Positions 12,622-26,607 of a stretch of DNA of 64,000 nt are shown here, in pieces. Under the pieces are notes generated by a model. The model made no database searches. It was not told where the DNA came from and saw nothing but the letters and a program-made list of their open reading frames with translations. Within the stretch, counting starts at the first letter, position 1; each line of letters starts with the position of its first letter. Source of the stretch: Octopus sinensis. Lineage: Eukaryota. The stretch lies in NCBI RefSeq assembly GCF_006345805.1, contig NC_043000.1, forward strand, positions 112,716,001-112,780,000, given 5' to 3'. The position numbers and the translations under genes are program-made.

Positions 12622-14541
12622 TGTATAATAATTCAAAATATATTAGACTAAAAATTATATATTTACTTATTTAGCTAATATCAATAAAAGACTGGTACCT
12701 GGTATCACCTAAAGGAATATTTAAGTTATAGGACATTCATATTTTACACTAATCTTTTTTTTAAACTAAGGGTTATATTATAGGTTTAAGAAGTTATTAT
12801 TATTACTCCCTACATAATATTTATAGTTTCTTAGGGGTACTTGTTTAGAAGGGTTATAAAGGCCCTTATAAATATTAAGATCAGGAGGGTAGAACCATTT
12901 ATGAAAGTGATAAATCAAGTGATTTCTAAAGATCATTTCAAACAATATTGTCTTATTGTATTAAGTTAAAATTTAGGATTATCAACAAGATTATTAAGAA
13001 TGATATTATAACAAAAGGATAAAACTTCTTTGAATATTTTGAGTATATACCAACTTTTATCACAATAGAGGGAGGAAAAGAAAACTGCAAAGAAATATTT
13101 TAATATTTTTTTTACTTATTATTTATCTAAATATTAACTTATTATTAGATGGTTTCTATAGAGATTGATTAATTGGATTTAACTGGTATTTAATAAGGGA
13201 GCAGCGAGGTTAAAGAACAGTTCTTTATCTATCTCCTTAACTTTAGGTACTGAATATTTGGATGAAATTTGAATTTAACAGATTCGGTCGAAATTCGAAC
13301 ACGAAACATAAATTTCATAGGTAAACTAACGCTGCAATGTTTTACTGATTCTTTCACTCCAATACACTGAGAGAGAAAAAAATAATTTAAAAATGACAAG
13401 AAATGGGGAATTGGAAAGAACCCAAGAAAGAAACGAATGAATGCCAAAACGAACAGGAAAAAAGTTGAAGAAAATGAAAACCGAAACAAAGAAGGAAATT
13501 AAAAAGAAAGGATAAGAAGAAAACTTGAAAGAAATATATGATAAATTATGGATAGAAAGATATATAGATAGGTAGGTAGAAATGAAGTAAAGAGAAATGG
13601 GAGAAAAACAGGATTAAAGAAACGAATTAGAGTACAGAAAAAGATAAGCCAGAACTATATGATATCTATTGAAAAAAAAATCTAAAACAGAAATTCTGTT
13701 TATGAAAACACATTTTAATTTTACTGTAATGGAATTCTGAAATGTGTAATCATTGTTTTGCTTGAGGGTGTCAGCTACATTTATCATTTATTTACTGTTA
13801 AATGCATTTATGTTTAGAAGTTTTTCTTTTGATCTTGATTATAAGAACTGCGAGTAGTTTTGTTTGTGCTAGGAAGTGTGCGAGGTACATGTGACATGAG
13901 CTAGATATCACCTGACGTAACACTTTAAAGATTTAAATTTGCAATCTTACCATTACTTACCATTGATTCTCTCCGTGCATTTTGTATCTTTACCCGTCAA
14001 AAGAGCGCATCTATTAATGTTACTCTTTCTTGCGTTTCAGAATCACGCCAGCTGTAGAAAGTCTGTTGATATTTTCTTCATACCTCAAAAATATTTTTTT
14101 CCATACGTACCATGACTTTTGCCCCAACGCCTAGTTTTCATACATGTTCCTCTACTCCTCTCATCTGATCATTTCAAGGTGGCAAGCTGTCAGAATCATT
14201 AGTACACCAGGCGAAATGCTCAGCGGTACGGTATTTCACCCGTTGCTACGATCCGAGTTCAAATTCCGCCGAGGACATTTCTCTATGTTTGTATTTGTGC
14301 AGATTTCTGTTTGCTTTATGTCTGTATTCTCATGCATATAGTTGCATATCTAGACATGCTCATATATATTTAAATGATAAACTCCTGGAAAGTTTTACAG
14401 AGTTTTACAGTTCCAGTGACGGATTGGATCTGTAGTCTTCGAATTAGCTTTCCCCTTTCTGGATTTGAGAAGTCTAATTTCTCAAGATTGGTATTTAGGC
14501 AGTGTGTTACATATCCCAATATTTTACAGGTATAAACCTGA

Positions 14542-14664
<123 letters not shown>

Positions 14665-15614
14665 TAGGGTCTCGAACACACGGTTGTGGGGTTGAGGCAT
14701 CGAATATTGAGGCCGATATTTACTGCAAGAAAGCTGCTTTATGCACAACCAATGTCTAGACAACAACCGGTGATCGATATTTAAACATCGAAAAAATATT
14801 AAATTTTCAATTTTCCGAAGCACATTACGGAAAAATCGTAGAAAAAATCGATATAAGTCGTTATAAATAACCATGGAAATGAATTAATCGAACGTTAGCT
14901 AATATTTTACATGTTCATTGGTTTCCATAAACATATGTAAAATAAAATTTTATTGTTATTTTCAATATTGTCCAGACGACGTTTGCTTCATTTTTTAAAA
15001 TTTTCTTCTTTTCGAAGTCTTACTCTACAGAATCGGGTTGTAGTTTTATCTTCATTTCTGACTTGTATTACTTTTTCTTCATTACAATATACCCCACCAT
15101 TTTAATGTTCGTACTTATTTCAAGTTTTCTTAAACCAACATCGATTTCTGCCGAGTTCTGTCATTGAAAATATTCTCGTTTGTTTCTTTAATTCCTCTGC
15201 TCTGTCTTGTCCCTCAGTGTCACCATAATTACATCACTGCTCTACATTTTGAAGGTATTCGTCATCATGTATTCTTAAGACATCGTAAGCCTTGTTCTCA
15301 ATCCTGATCAGAATGATTCAAGCGTGTGGTCAGACCGTATCTTTTGATTTGTAACCAGTAGGAATCAAATGAGATCTTTTAGTTGGCGTTTTCTCAGTCT
15401 CGATGCGAGGAGACAAAAAATGACATCTAAGTAAGATGCCGAGAAGCAGGATCGTACCCGAGTCTTCATCGTTGCCGAGCGAATTTCTGAACCACATGGC
15501 TACGCAGTGCCAGCCGAGAGATACACACACATGCATAAAAATAAGAAGCAATTATGAGAAACTGAATGAGTATATGTCTTTGTGTGTGTGTTTGTGTACA
15601 TGCACACACACGCA

Positions 15615-15645
<31 letters not shown>

Positions 15646-15779
15646 GCCACACACACACATACACACACCACACACACATACACACGCAAATACACATCAA
15701 CAGGAAACTAGAAATTTTTTAGATTGCTTATTCACCATTACACAGCTTGGAATTTTAGCCTATGTATGATATATATACA

Positions 15780-16150
15780 GGCGCAGGAGTAGCTGTGTGG
15801 TAAGTAGCTTGCTTACCAACCACACGGTTCCGGGTTCAGACCCACTGCGTGACACATTGGGCAAGTGTCTTCTACAATAGCCTCGGGCCGACCAAAGCCT
15901 TGTGAGTGGATTTGGTAGATGGAAACTGAAAGAAGACCGTCGTATATCTATATGAGTTTGTGTGTTTCTCCCTCCAGCATCACTTGACAATTGATGCTGA
16001 TGTATTTACGTCAGCGCAACATAGCGGCTCGACAAAAGAAACCGATAGAAAAACTATTAAGCTTACAAAGAATAAGCCCTGGGGTCGATTTTTCGACTAA
16101 AGGCGGTGCTCCAGCATAGCCGCAGTGAAATGACTGAAACAAATAAAAGA
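15780..16150 (+). mobile_element. SINE family A, full-length copy
   Basis: Collinear with 11562-11970 from head to tail. Confidence 0.85.
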
Positions 16151-16271
16151 ATATATATATATGTATTTCGTTTTTGGATTTGGTTTGCAAGTGGAAATTT
16201 TACCGGTGTGTTACATTATAAGGCACAAAAAGAAAATAACTCTCCCCAGACACAACATATATAATATATGC

Positions 16272-16322
<51 letters not shown>

Positions 16323-16330
16323 TATATATT

Positions 16331-17560
16331 AAGGTATGTAGAAAAATACAACATGGACAAGAACGTATAACTCTTAGAAGACGACACAATAAACACGGAC
16401 AGGACACTCGAAACCCTCAGTCTTCAGTCAAGAACCGGATCATCGTAGTAATTTCGGCTGATTAATCTTGAGATTACTAGATCACGCCAGCCCTCCAAGA
16501 AAAACTAAGCAACGAGCATTAGAAAAACTAAGCTGGAAGCGTAGATTCCTGGAAGAAGGATCGAATGCATACGAACACCAGGACAGCAAAAGGGACAGAT
16601 ATAAAAAAAAACAAAAAACAATAATGGAATACAGAAACATGAATACAGAAGCATTAACGGTGAAAACAACAAGTGTCTTACGACTGATAACAAGCAAACA
16701 AATTTTTTCTCTGGCGCATTGGAAGAAGCCTTTATAGCGGCGGACGAAAAACAACGATGTTAACACGACGAGGGTCAGGAGCTGAAAGGCAGATTTCGGC
16801 CAACAGTCACGTGACAGAGAAGAGGGAAAAGAAAAGAAAGAGAAGCAAAGGAAGAGAGAGAGAGAGGAGGGACAAACGCAACAAAGAGAGAGAAGAGAGA
16901 GAAAGAAGGAATCAGAGAGGAGAAGGGATGGGTGTCGAAGAATGACCTGTGAGTGCAGAGCGAGACAAAGAAATAGGAGGGTAGTGGAAGACTAGACCAA
17001 AGAATCAGAGGAAAGAGAAGAGAAAAAGAGGATGAGTAGAGAGAAAAGAGAGAGAGGGGGACAGATCAAGTAAAAATGAGAGAGAGAGAGAGAGACAAAC
17101 AGAGAGTCGTACCAATTATTAAGAATATGTGCTCACATTAATGATAAGGGGGGTACGGGGCGCCTGGAATATATGTTAAGGTATGTAGAAAAATACAACA
17201 TGGACAAGAACGTATAACTCTTAGAAGACGACACAATAAACACGGACAGGACACTCGAAACCCTCAGTCTTCAGTCAAGAACCGGATCATCGTAGTAATT
17301 TCGGCTGATTAATCTTGAGATTACTAGATCACGGCCAGCCCTCCAAGAAAAACTAAGCAACGAGCATTAGAAAAACTAAGCTGGAAGCGTAGATTTCCTG
17401 GAAGAAGGATCGAATGCATACGAACACCAGGACAGCAAAAGGGACAGATATAAAAAAAACAAAAAACAAAAAACAATAATGGAATACAGAAACATGAAAT
17501 ACAGAAGCATTAACGGTGAAAACAACAAGTGTCTTACGACTGATAACAAGCAAACAAATT
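16331..17560. repeat. Partial tandem repeat (~850-bp unit plus repeated ~390-bp head) abutting (TA)n; Penelope-like arrangement
   Basis: AAGGTATGTAGAAAAATACAACATGG...GATAACAAGCAAACAAAT occurs at 16331-16702 and 17178-17560 and differs only by small indels. Confidence 0.75.
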
Positions 17561-17996
17561 ATATATATACATAAAGAGAGAGAGAAAGAAAGAGACAGAG
17601 AAACCTAGAGAGAGAAAGAAAGAGGGCAGGAGGAAGGGAAGGCGAGGAAGAAATAAAGCTCAAAGTTTGCGACTAGTAGAGACGTCATTTTGGAAAGTGT
17701 CTGAATAATGACCTTTAGAGGAGATCTATACATTTTAAATGAATTTAATCCGAAATATACGCTTTCTAGAAATAAACTTTTATGAAGTTATGTTTCCATA
17801 CGAACGCACACAGAGACACGCATTCGCATATTCAGACTTTAGCACAAATACAAGACTTGGAATCAACAGTCATACAGTTATATACCTACACATACTGTCA
17901 TACATGTAAGCATATATACATATACCTTCATACATATACATGCAAAGAAACATGTAAACAATATATATTTATATGTATCTGTGTATGTGTATATAT

Positions 17997-18050
<54 letters not shown>

Positions 18051-18179
18051 ATATATAAATATATATATACATATATATACATACATACATATATATATAT
18101 ATTTTCATCTAAGGAAACACTGATTCAATACCTACAATTTGGGGAGAATTCATTCCCTTAATATAATAGGTATATATAT

Positions 18180-18296
18180 CACGTGATCACGTGACCGACC
18201 AGACCATCAGATGTTGTTACACATCGCTGGTCACAATGCGTTCGCATTGTTTTAGCCTTCGAATGACGCCACCCCGCTGGCTAAGTGAGCAGGCCA
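18180..18296 (+). mobile_element. 117-bp short interspersed element with a 12-bp target-site duplication
   Basis: AGGTATATATAT flanks both sides (18168-18179 and 18297-18308); the interior is GC-richer and begins CACGTGATCACGTGAC. Confidence 0.65.
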
Positions 18297-18840
18297 AGGT
18301 ATATATATATATAAAAACATATAATTTATATTCATATAAATGAAGAAAAAATAGATGGAGTTTGGAAAATTAATAACTCTTTATTATTTAACATCTCTTA
18401 CCCCTGTTTCAATTAATACTCAGTAAATATTAAATATTAAATTTATATGACCTGATCATAATACCTTCAGAGGGAAAAAATTCACCCTTGGATATTTTAT
18501 ATGTGTTTATGGCTTCATTCAGTCTGCTATAATGAATCCATAAACACATATAATACATCTTGCACCACATCATAATGATTATAGGATTTGGTCTTTGATA
18601 GCCAAATATAGCGCTATTCTATCTTCCCTATTTGAAAGCGTCAGCACGGCATATCTTGTGATAAATGAATTAAGCCCTGAGAAAATGTATGTGTCTATGT
18701 ATAACGGGTGTATGTAGAGCTTACGGATCCAATAGACGTAGACCAAAATAAGGAAGTACTCCATTTAATGAGGGATAAATACCAATTTAAATACACAGAC
18801 GAAAGAGCTACCAGTAGTTTCATAGTTTATGATACTTAAA

Positions 18841-19259
18841 CAGGTATATTCATAAAATACGCCATATATCTCAAAGCAATCGTTCAGGCTCTGTTTATGC
18901 GTTTATATTTTAAAAACAGGGACGCTAGGCAGTGAGAAAATAAGAAAGAACGGGGACAAAACGCGAAGAAGTTTAGTGCCAAAAATGGAGCAAAGAAAAG
19001 GAAAGGAAATGCAGAAAAGTAAGATCCTTCTGCTTTCAGATTGCAGGGAGCTCATTAACTACGACTAGTACAGAACAAAATAACAGATAATATGTTAAAG
19101 TCTGTGAAACATCGGCTCAATCCAGAGTGGGTGGTAAACTTCCCCGTTCTTTCTCATTTTCTCACCGTCCAGCGTCATTGTTTTTAAAATATAGATAACG
19201 CACAAACAGAGCCTGAAATATTACTTTGAGATATATAGCGTATTTTATAAATATGCATG
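18841..19259. mobile_element. MITE / foldback element with ~115-bp imperfect terminal inverted repeats
   Basis: 18841-18957 (CAGGTATATTCATAAAATACGCCATATATCTCAAAG..GAGAAAATAAGAAAGAACGGGGA) is the reverse complement of ~19142-19259 with scattered mismatches. No clear TSD. Confidence 0.75.
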
Positions 19260-19709
19260 ATTGTCACGTATCATAAAGGCTTGAAACTATTAGGAACTAT
19301 TTCAGCCCCAGCATGGCTGCACTCAAGTGACTGAAACAAGCAAAAGTAACACACACACACAAACACACGCACACACACACACACACACATATATATACAT
19401 ACATATATAATATTAGGATATATATACATATATGCACACGCATATATGGGTGCAGGATGTTACCAACAGTAAATAACATGAAGTACGAAAGCAAATGAGA
19501 TCAGTACGCAAACAGCGAGAGAAGCAAATAGAAAACAGGACAAGTAACATAAAGAACGACCCTTCATCAGTTGTCGGCTGTCTATCTACTCCTCATTTCG
19601 ACCATGTATATGTATCTGTGTGTATTTATATATATATTTATTTATTTATATCTATATATGTATGTGTATATATATATATATATGTATATATATATTTTTT
19701 ATATGCATT

Positions 19710-19741
<32 letters not shown>

Positions 19742-19763
19742 TGTATGTATGTATGTATGTATG

Positions 19764-19810
<47 letters not shown>

Positions 19811-20139
19811 GGGGAGAGACAGAGAATAACAAATGACAAGAAAAAAATATATACAAATGAAGTCTGCCAGGCATTAAAACCTAAACATACTTCTGTGAAA
19901 GTAGACGTTGTACGAGATTCAGACAGCTGAACATTGGGGGGGGGGGGGTCGGAGAGAAATATATTAAACTAAACTAAACGAAATAGAAAAAACATAGTCA
20001 CAAGTAATGATGAAGGAATGAAATGTGATGGAGGAAATGTTTTGTTTTTAATCCTCGTTTTATATATTTCGGTGGAAAGGTCAATATTAGTTCAATGTTG
20101 GAAAATAGAAAATTGAAATATAGTACACATATTAGGCAC

Positions 20140-20173
20140 GGTTGACTACCATCTCCAAGACATCTCCTACTAT

Positions 20174-20228
<55 letters not shown>

Positions 20229-20370
20229 ACTACTACTACTACTTCCTGCACTTCTATCACCACCACTTCTATCACCATCAGCGCCACTAACACTATCACC
20301 ATCACCACCTCTCTGCTCCCCTAACCCGCCAACACCATTACTACGGCTGCTGCCGCTACTACTACTACCA

Positions 20371-20414
<44 letters not shown>

Positions 20415-20634
20415 GCTGCTACTACTACTGCTACTACCACCACCACCACCACCACTACCACCACTACTACTACTACTATCACAAATACCATCAGTACCTC
20501 TACCGCGACAACTACTACCAGCACCACAACCACCTGTAGCACTACAACGACACCATCATTACTACTACTATCGTTACTACCACCACTACAATCACCACTA
20601 ACACTACTACCATCTCCATCACCTCTACTACTAC

Positions 20635-20687
<53 letters not shown>

Positions 20688-20740
20688 ATAATAATAATAA
20701 TAATAATACTGCTACTGCTGCTACCGTCCCCCCACCACTA
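20140..20740. repeat. Compound trinucleotide microsatellite (ACT/ACC/GCT/AAT)n; similar tracts at 8565-8620, 8720-8770 and 8985-9120
   Basis: Read directly from the sequence; the overlapping poly-T/V/S ORFs are repeat read-through. Confidence 0.95.
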
Positions 20741-22483
20741 CCCCTACACCCACAGCCAACAACAGCAAAGAAAAATCTGTTTATAATCTAAGTACAAAGC
20801 TAGCAATTTAGGGAATGGATGTTAACCGATGAAATTGACGTAAGTACACGTAGGGTACTTCATCGATTTTGAAGGTATAAAGCACAAACTTGACAGAACG
20901 TAAAGACGGACGACATGCCGCTAAGCATTTTGTCCGGCGTGCTAATGTTTCTGCCAGTTCACCGCCTTAATGATAGTAATAGTAATTTTTCATAATTAAT
21001 ATTATTAATAAATTTTATTTATTATTATTAATGATAGTAATAATAATTTATCACTGCCTTAATGAGAGTAATAATTATTATCTTTATTATTCATGCTGTT
21101 GAAGCATATCATTATTCTTAAGATAGCAGGAGAGAATTCGAAGTTGATCACACTTAGGAGAATGAGTACTCCATCATTCTTCTGACCACAAAGTGATCAA
21201 ACGATATATCACGATATATCACTTTATAAATCAGACACAAACCAGAACTTAACTGTCATGGTAAGACGGATTTACATACCGGACGTTCAACTCTCACTTG
21301 ATTATATAAACTGATAAATATTTGTTCAGAGCACAGCAAATATGAGAAACCTAAAATAGCTGAAAATTACGTAAATTAGCGTTTTTTAATATCATGAACA
21401 TGAATATTAAAGCCGATGCGAATACCTCTTACCATTGTTTTAGTACACAATAAAAGGAAGGAGATTACCCAGTCACATTAAATAAACTTTTCAAGCTAAT
21501 CCTTCGTTTGAGATTGTGGTGACATCAAACGTTCTGCAGTTTGCGAAGATATGTGCAATAAATGAATAATCCATTAAATATAATCACATGTCCGTTTGTG
21601 CATGGGTTGCTCTGGAACTGTGTGTGTGTTTGTTTGAATTCCTAAATATACCCGTTATACACGCACACACACACACACACGCACACACGTACTTGTATGT
21701 ATATGGTCGTGGCTGTGTGGTAAGTAGGTTGTTTCCAAATCACATGGTTCCGGGTTCAGTCATACTGCAGGGCACCTTCGGCAAGTGTTTCCTAATATGG
21801 CCACGAATAAGGCAGCGAGATGGCAGAAACGTTACCGCACCGGACGAAATGCTTAGCGGTAATTCGCCCGTCGCTACTTTCTGAGTTCAAATTCCGTTGT
21901 GGTCGACATTGGCTTTCATCCTTTCGGGGTCGATAAATTAATTACCAGCTACGCACTGGGTCGATGTAATCGACTAGGCCCCTCCCCCACCCAAATTTCA
22001 GGCTTTGTGCCTATGGTAGAAAGGATTATAACCGCAAGTTGATCAACATCTTATTTGCATATTTGATAGACAACGGCTATGACAGAACAAAATCAAAATA
22101 TGTGTGTGGGTATGAATGTGTGTGTGTGTGTTTCATAAACTTCATACTCTGTGAGATATTTTCAAACAAACCCACATATATTATTTACATTATTTACATT
22201 TGACGGATATTTGTCCTCATCTTGTTTGTTGTTAACACAACGTTTCGGCTGATATACCCTCCAGCCTACATGATGTGTCTTGGGCAAATTTCGAACCTGA
22301 GTTCTCATTCTTAAGATATTTTTCGATATAATTATTATTATTATTATTATTACTACTACTACTACTACTACTACTACGTCGTCGTCGTCGTCGTCGTATG
22401 TAAACAAACAAGTGTGTTTTCGAAGCGTTGAAATATACTGTAGAACAAGTAGAAAGATTTTATCAAGGAGTAGATACTGAACA

Positions 22484-22539
<56 letters not shown>

Positions 22540-22720
22540 GATAAAATCCATTTGTTTTCTTTTTAAAGCAGAAACATATGCCGACAAATTTTCCTGTTTT
22601 TTTTTTTAAAAAGGATTTTATCCTTCATCTATCTAACTATATATATATATATACTGTTCAGTAACTACACGTTGATTAAAATTCATCTATCTACTTGTTG
22701 TATATTATTATTATTATTAC

Positions 22721-22796
22721 TCAGGTCACTGACTGGAATCGAACACGGAATCTTGGGGTTAGTAGCCCGCGCTCTTAACCACTACGCCACAGGCCC
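22721..22796 (-). pseudogene. tRNA-like retrocopy / SINE head with (TAA)n tail
   Basis: Minus strand GGGCCTGTGGCGTAGTGGTTAAGAGCGCGGGCTACTAACCCCAAGATTCCGTGTTCGATTCCAGTCAGTGACCTGA has A and B boxes but an unpaired acceptor stem, and is followed by GTAATAATAAT. Confidence 0.6.
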
Positions 22797-22881
22797 GTGG
22801 ACCTATGGCGTAATGGCTTCTAACACCAAGATTTTCAGTAAAACCCACACATGCATAAAATTTATAATCAGATAAACGGTG

Positions 22882-23030
22882 TGTGTGCTGAAAAGTTCCT
22901 ACCCTCGGCTGAAAGAAAATGATGTTAACTATTATTTTATTCAACATAATCCACTATAAGACGCATACATTTATTGCAGCGGTCTTCCAGTTTTTCTATG
23001 CTTTGTAAAAGAATTCGGAATGTTGGGCCT
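22882..23030 (-). mobile_element. Mariner 3'-end relic (C-terminal codons + TIR)
   Basis: Minus strand reads approximately EFFY..KLEDRCNKCMRLIVDYVE* (mariner C-terminus of the KL..RW.KC...GDYVE type), followed by the TIR-like GGAACTTTTCAGCACAC. Confidence 0.6.
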
Positions 23031-23154
23031 CCAGCCAAGCCTTTCGCTATACCCTTAAAGCCAAGAAATTTTCAACGCTCTCCTCGTATATTCTTTAACT
23101 CAATAATCTCTACGTATTATCGTACACACCTCTGACTAGAAATGCAAAATTCTC

Positions 23155-23188
<34 letters not shown>

Positions 23189-23722
23189 GTATATACGCAC
23201 AAACCCACTTATTTACCCATGTGTATATATCTATGCATGCATGTGTGTGTGTGTGTGTGTGTGTGCCTATTAATGTTTATTTATATATTTGTAAATATCT
23301 ATATCTATATCTACACTTTGATAATAAATAATCCGAATGCAAATATAACAACGCAAACAAACGCGTGTTCGACTATTAAATTCCATTCCGTACCACACCG
23401 CCACCAACAGCATAGATTCCCACCACATCCACAACCGTTTAACCAACATTTTTTTCTACCACAGAATGCACACCCCCGACGCAATTTCTATTATTATCCC
23501 TAGATATCCTCACTCATCATTCTCTCACAGAAAATGTCTGCCTTCCGGCTAAATTAGCTCCAAAGTGTGAAAGACACAGCAGTTGTCCCCACTTATTTTT
23601 CTTAGGTCTGTATATATATATATATATATATATACATACACATATATAACAATATATACATATATATATATATACATACATAATATATATATGTATATAT
23701 ATATATACACATATATATATAC

Positions 23723-23755
<33 letters not shown>

Positions 23756-23759
23756 ATAT

Positions 23760-23842
23760 ATATATATATATACATATATGTATATATAAATATATGTATA
23801 TATATATATGCATTATATATATATATATACATATATATATAC

Positions 23843-23873
<31 letters not shown>

Positions 23874-24042
23874 TATATGTATATGTATATATATATGCAT
23901 ATATATATATATACATACGTATATATACATATATATATATATGCATACATATATATATGCACACATATATATACGCACATAGATACATACATATATGTAT
24001 ATGTATATATATATATATGTATATACATAGATAAATACATAT

Positions 24043-24075
<33 letters not shown>

Positions 24076-24744
24076 GTATGCATGCATTTATCTATCTCTG
24101 TCTGTATATATATATGTTCATGGATATATACGTAGGCTGGCGTGTACGTGTTCCTGTGAGTGTTTGTGTATGGTTATAAATATATATATGATTCCCCCCG
24201 CACACACACACCACTTTCCTTAGCTTAATAATCGGGCTTAGAAGCTCATCCATCACGTAAGACATTGATATCACACCACATAACTGGTTAATATTCAGGA
24301 GAGACTTCTAGCCTCGTTCCCATCTCATAACACACGGCTCACTCAATCAAAAACTAACATTACCGCCTCTACCTCATTTCCAAATTTTTCCACCACCCCC
24401 TCGCACATGCACGCACACACACATATATCTATATGTATACATCTAATCATACATATAAGAAATATATATATATATAAATATATATGTATGTCTATATGTA
24501 TATTTACATATATATATTATATATATTTACATATATATGTATATATATATTTACATATATATAAATGTATGTATTATATATATATATATATATATTACAC
24601 ATATATGTATATATGTACATATATATATCTACATATATATATCTGTATATGCATATATACGTATATACATGTACGTATATATACACACAGAGACATATAT
24701 ATATTATATGTGTGTGTATATACATACATACATACATACATACA

Positions 24745-24782
<38 letters not shown>

Positions 24783-25520
24783 ATATATATATATGTATAA
24801 ATATATATATGTATGTGTATATATATGTATGTGTATATATATACATGCGTACTTGCACGTACATGAACACACACATATGGATACATATATGATGCGCGTG
24901 TATATGGTTATATATTGAAGCACCGATTTCTCTCTATGACAATTAATCAGAATTAATACCGTTTATATATCTCTGTACTAAATGATACCAATGAATATGC
25001 GCCCATCCCAACATATATGTAACTATTATATAGGCAGGTGTATACCTATATATGTATATATGCATAAATACATATATATATATATATTATAATATATATA
25101 ATATATATATATATATATATAGATGTACTTACATACATACATACATATACATATTCATATATACATATATATATATATATACATACGCACACACATATAT
25201 ACACGTTCATATACTATCCTTCTTCGTATATATGATTATATCTGCGTATACGCATTCACACGCAATCACACACATATGTATATATAAATATATGTATATA
25301 TATGCATTATATATACATATATATATATACATATATATATGTATATATGTGTATATATAAATATATGTATATATATATATGCATATATATATATATACAT
25401 ATATATACATATATATATATGCATACATATATATATGCACACATATATATACGCACATAGATACATACATATATGTATATGTATATATATATATATGTAT
25501 ATACATAGATAAATACATAT

Positions 25521-25552
<32 letters not shown>

Positions 25553-26046
25553 GTATGCATGCATTTATCTATCTCTGTCTGTATATATATATATGTTCAT
25601 GGATATATACGTAGGCTGGCGTGTACGTGTTCCTGTGAGTGTTTGTGTATGGTTATAAATATATATATGATTCCCCCCGCACACACACACACTTTCCTTA
25701 GCTTAATAATCGGGCTTAGAAGCTCATCCATCACGTAAGACATTGATATCACACCACATAACTGGTTAATATTCAGGAGGAGACTTCTAGCCTCGTTCCC
25801 ATCTCATAACACACGGCTCACTCAATCAAAAACTAACATTACCGCCTCTACCTCATTTCCAAATTTTTCCACCACCCCCTCGCACATGCACGCACACACA
25901 CATATATCTATATGTATACATCTAATCATACATATAAGAAATATATATATATATAAAATATATATGTATGTCTATATGTATATTTACATATATATATATA
26001 TATATTTACATATATATGTATATATATATTTACATATATATAAATG

Positions 26047-26086
<40 letters not shown>

Positions 26087-26230
26087 TGTATATATGTACA
26101 TATATATATCTACATATATATATCTGTATATGCATATATACGTATATACATGTACGTATATATACACACACAGAGACATATATATATATATATGTGTGTG
26201 TGTATATACATACATACATACATACATACA

Positions 26231-26268
<38 letters not shown>

Positions 26269-26557
26269 ATATATATATATGTATAAATATATATATGTAT
26301 GTGTATATATATGTATGTGTATATATATACATGCGTACTTGCACGTACATGAACACACACATATGGATACATATATGATGCGCGTGTATATGGTTATATA
26401 TTGAAGCACCGATTTCTCTCTATGACAATTAATCAGAATTAATACCGTTTATATATCTCTGTACTAAATGATACCAATGAATATGCGCCCATCCCAACAT
26501 ATATGTAACTATTATATAGGCAGGTGTATACCTATATATGTATATATGCATAAATAC

Positions 26558-26607
<50 letters not shown>

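Noticed and set aside
15002-15075. Transib/RAG-like TTRFCR peptide on the minus strand
   Set aside because: Isolated six-residue similarity in a short frame, with no flanking conservation.
19555-19605. CTGATGAAGGG on the minus strand
   Set aside because: No complementary stem II or downstream GAAA in this copy.
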